DNA of 41,747 nt. Origin: Polyangiaceae bacterium (GTDB taxonomy: Bacteria; Myxococcota_A; Polyangia; Polyangiales; Polyangiaceae). The translations under genes and the position numbers were made by a program. The DNA lies in NCBI GenBank assembly GCA_044222475.1, contig JBGANF010000068.1, positions 1 to 41,747 on the forward strand. Reading direction: 5' to 3'. Positions 39,556-41,747 of the stretch are shown here, in pieces; within the stretch, counting starts at the first letter, position 1; each line of letters opens with the position of its first letter. The notes beneath the pieces were generated by a model. That model saw only the letters and a program-made list of their open reading frames with translations. It did not search any database and was not told the origin of the DNA.

Positions 39556-41747
<2,192 letters not shown>

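Overview
High-GC window from a myxobacterium. The Planctomycete/Sorangium-type EF-Tu switch-I sequence, MYXO-CTERM proteins, AgmX/PglI-type TonB-like proteins and an FHA-sigma54 activator point to Polyangiaceae/Labilithrix-like Myxococcota. The left ~29 kb is an accessory envelope/signalling region: two DUF2330 proteins, two AgmX/PglI-C proteins, DUF4328, a DUF4185 lipoprotein, a GT-C-like membrane protein, kup, an AstE/AspA-type deacylase plus GCS2 ligase pair, a dihaem cytochrome c, Cys-rich lipoproteins, trmB, a TMEM175 channel, a Ser/Thr kinase, a metallophosphoesterase, TPR lipoproteins, MarR, a trypsin-like protease, an FHA-bEBP, DUF465 and a tandem beta-barrel protein. The right ~12 kb is the core cluster tRNA-Thr/Tyr/Gly/Thr, tuf, rpmG, tRNA-Trp, secE, nusG, rplKAJL, rpoB and rpoC (truncated at the window end). 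Main observations: (1) a complete sigma54 module can be read from sequence (bEBP gene, two palindromic sites 21 bp apart, a -24/-12 promoter and a secreted protease); (2) a sigma54-type promoter precedes a candidate gamma-glutamyl ligase/deacylase pair divergent from kup; (3) an orphan sigma54 promoter points at a structured ~110-nt candidate sRNA; (4) three envelope genes share an ECF-type promoter motif; (5) many accessory genes have a leaderless TANNNT-N6/7-start layout; (6) tuf is full of indels and rpoC switches in frame to an apparently non-myxobacterial sequence near 40.95 kb, both most likely assembly artefacts. All family calls are from motif recognition by eye, not database searches.
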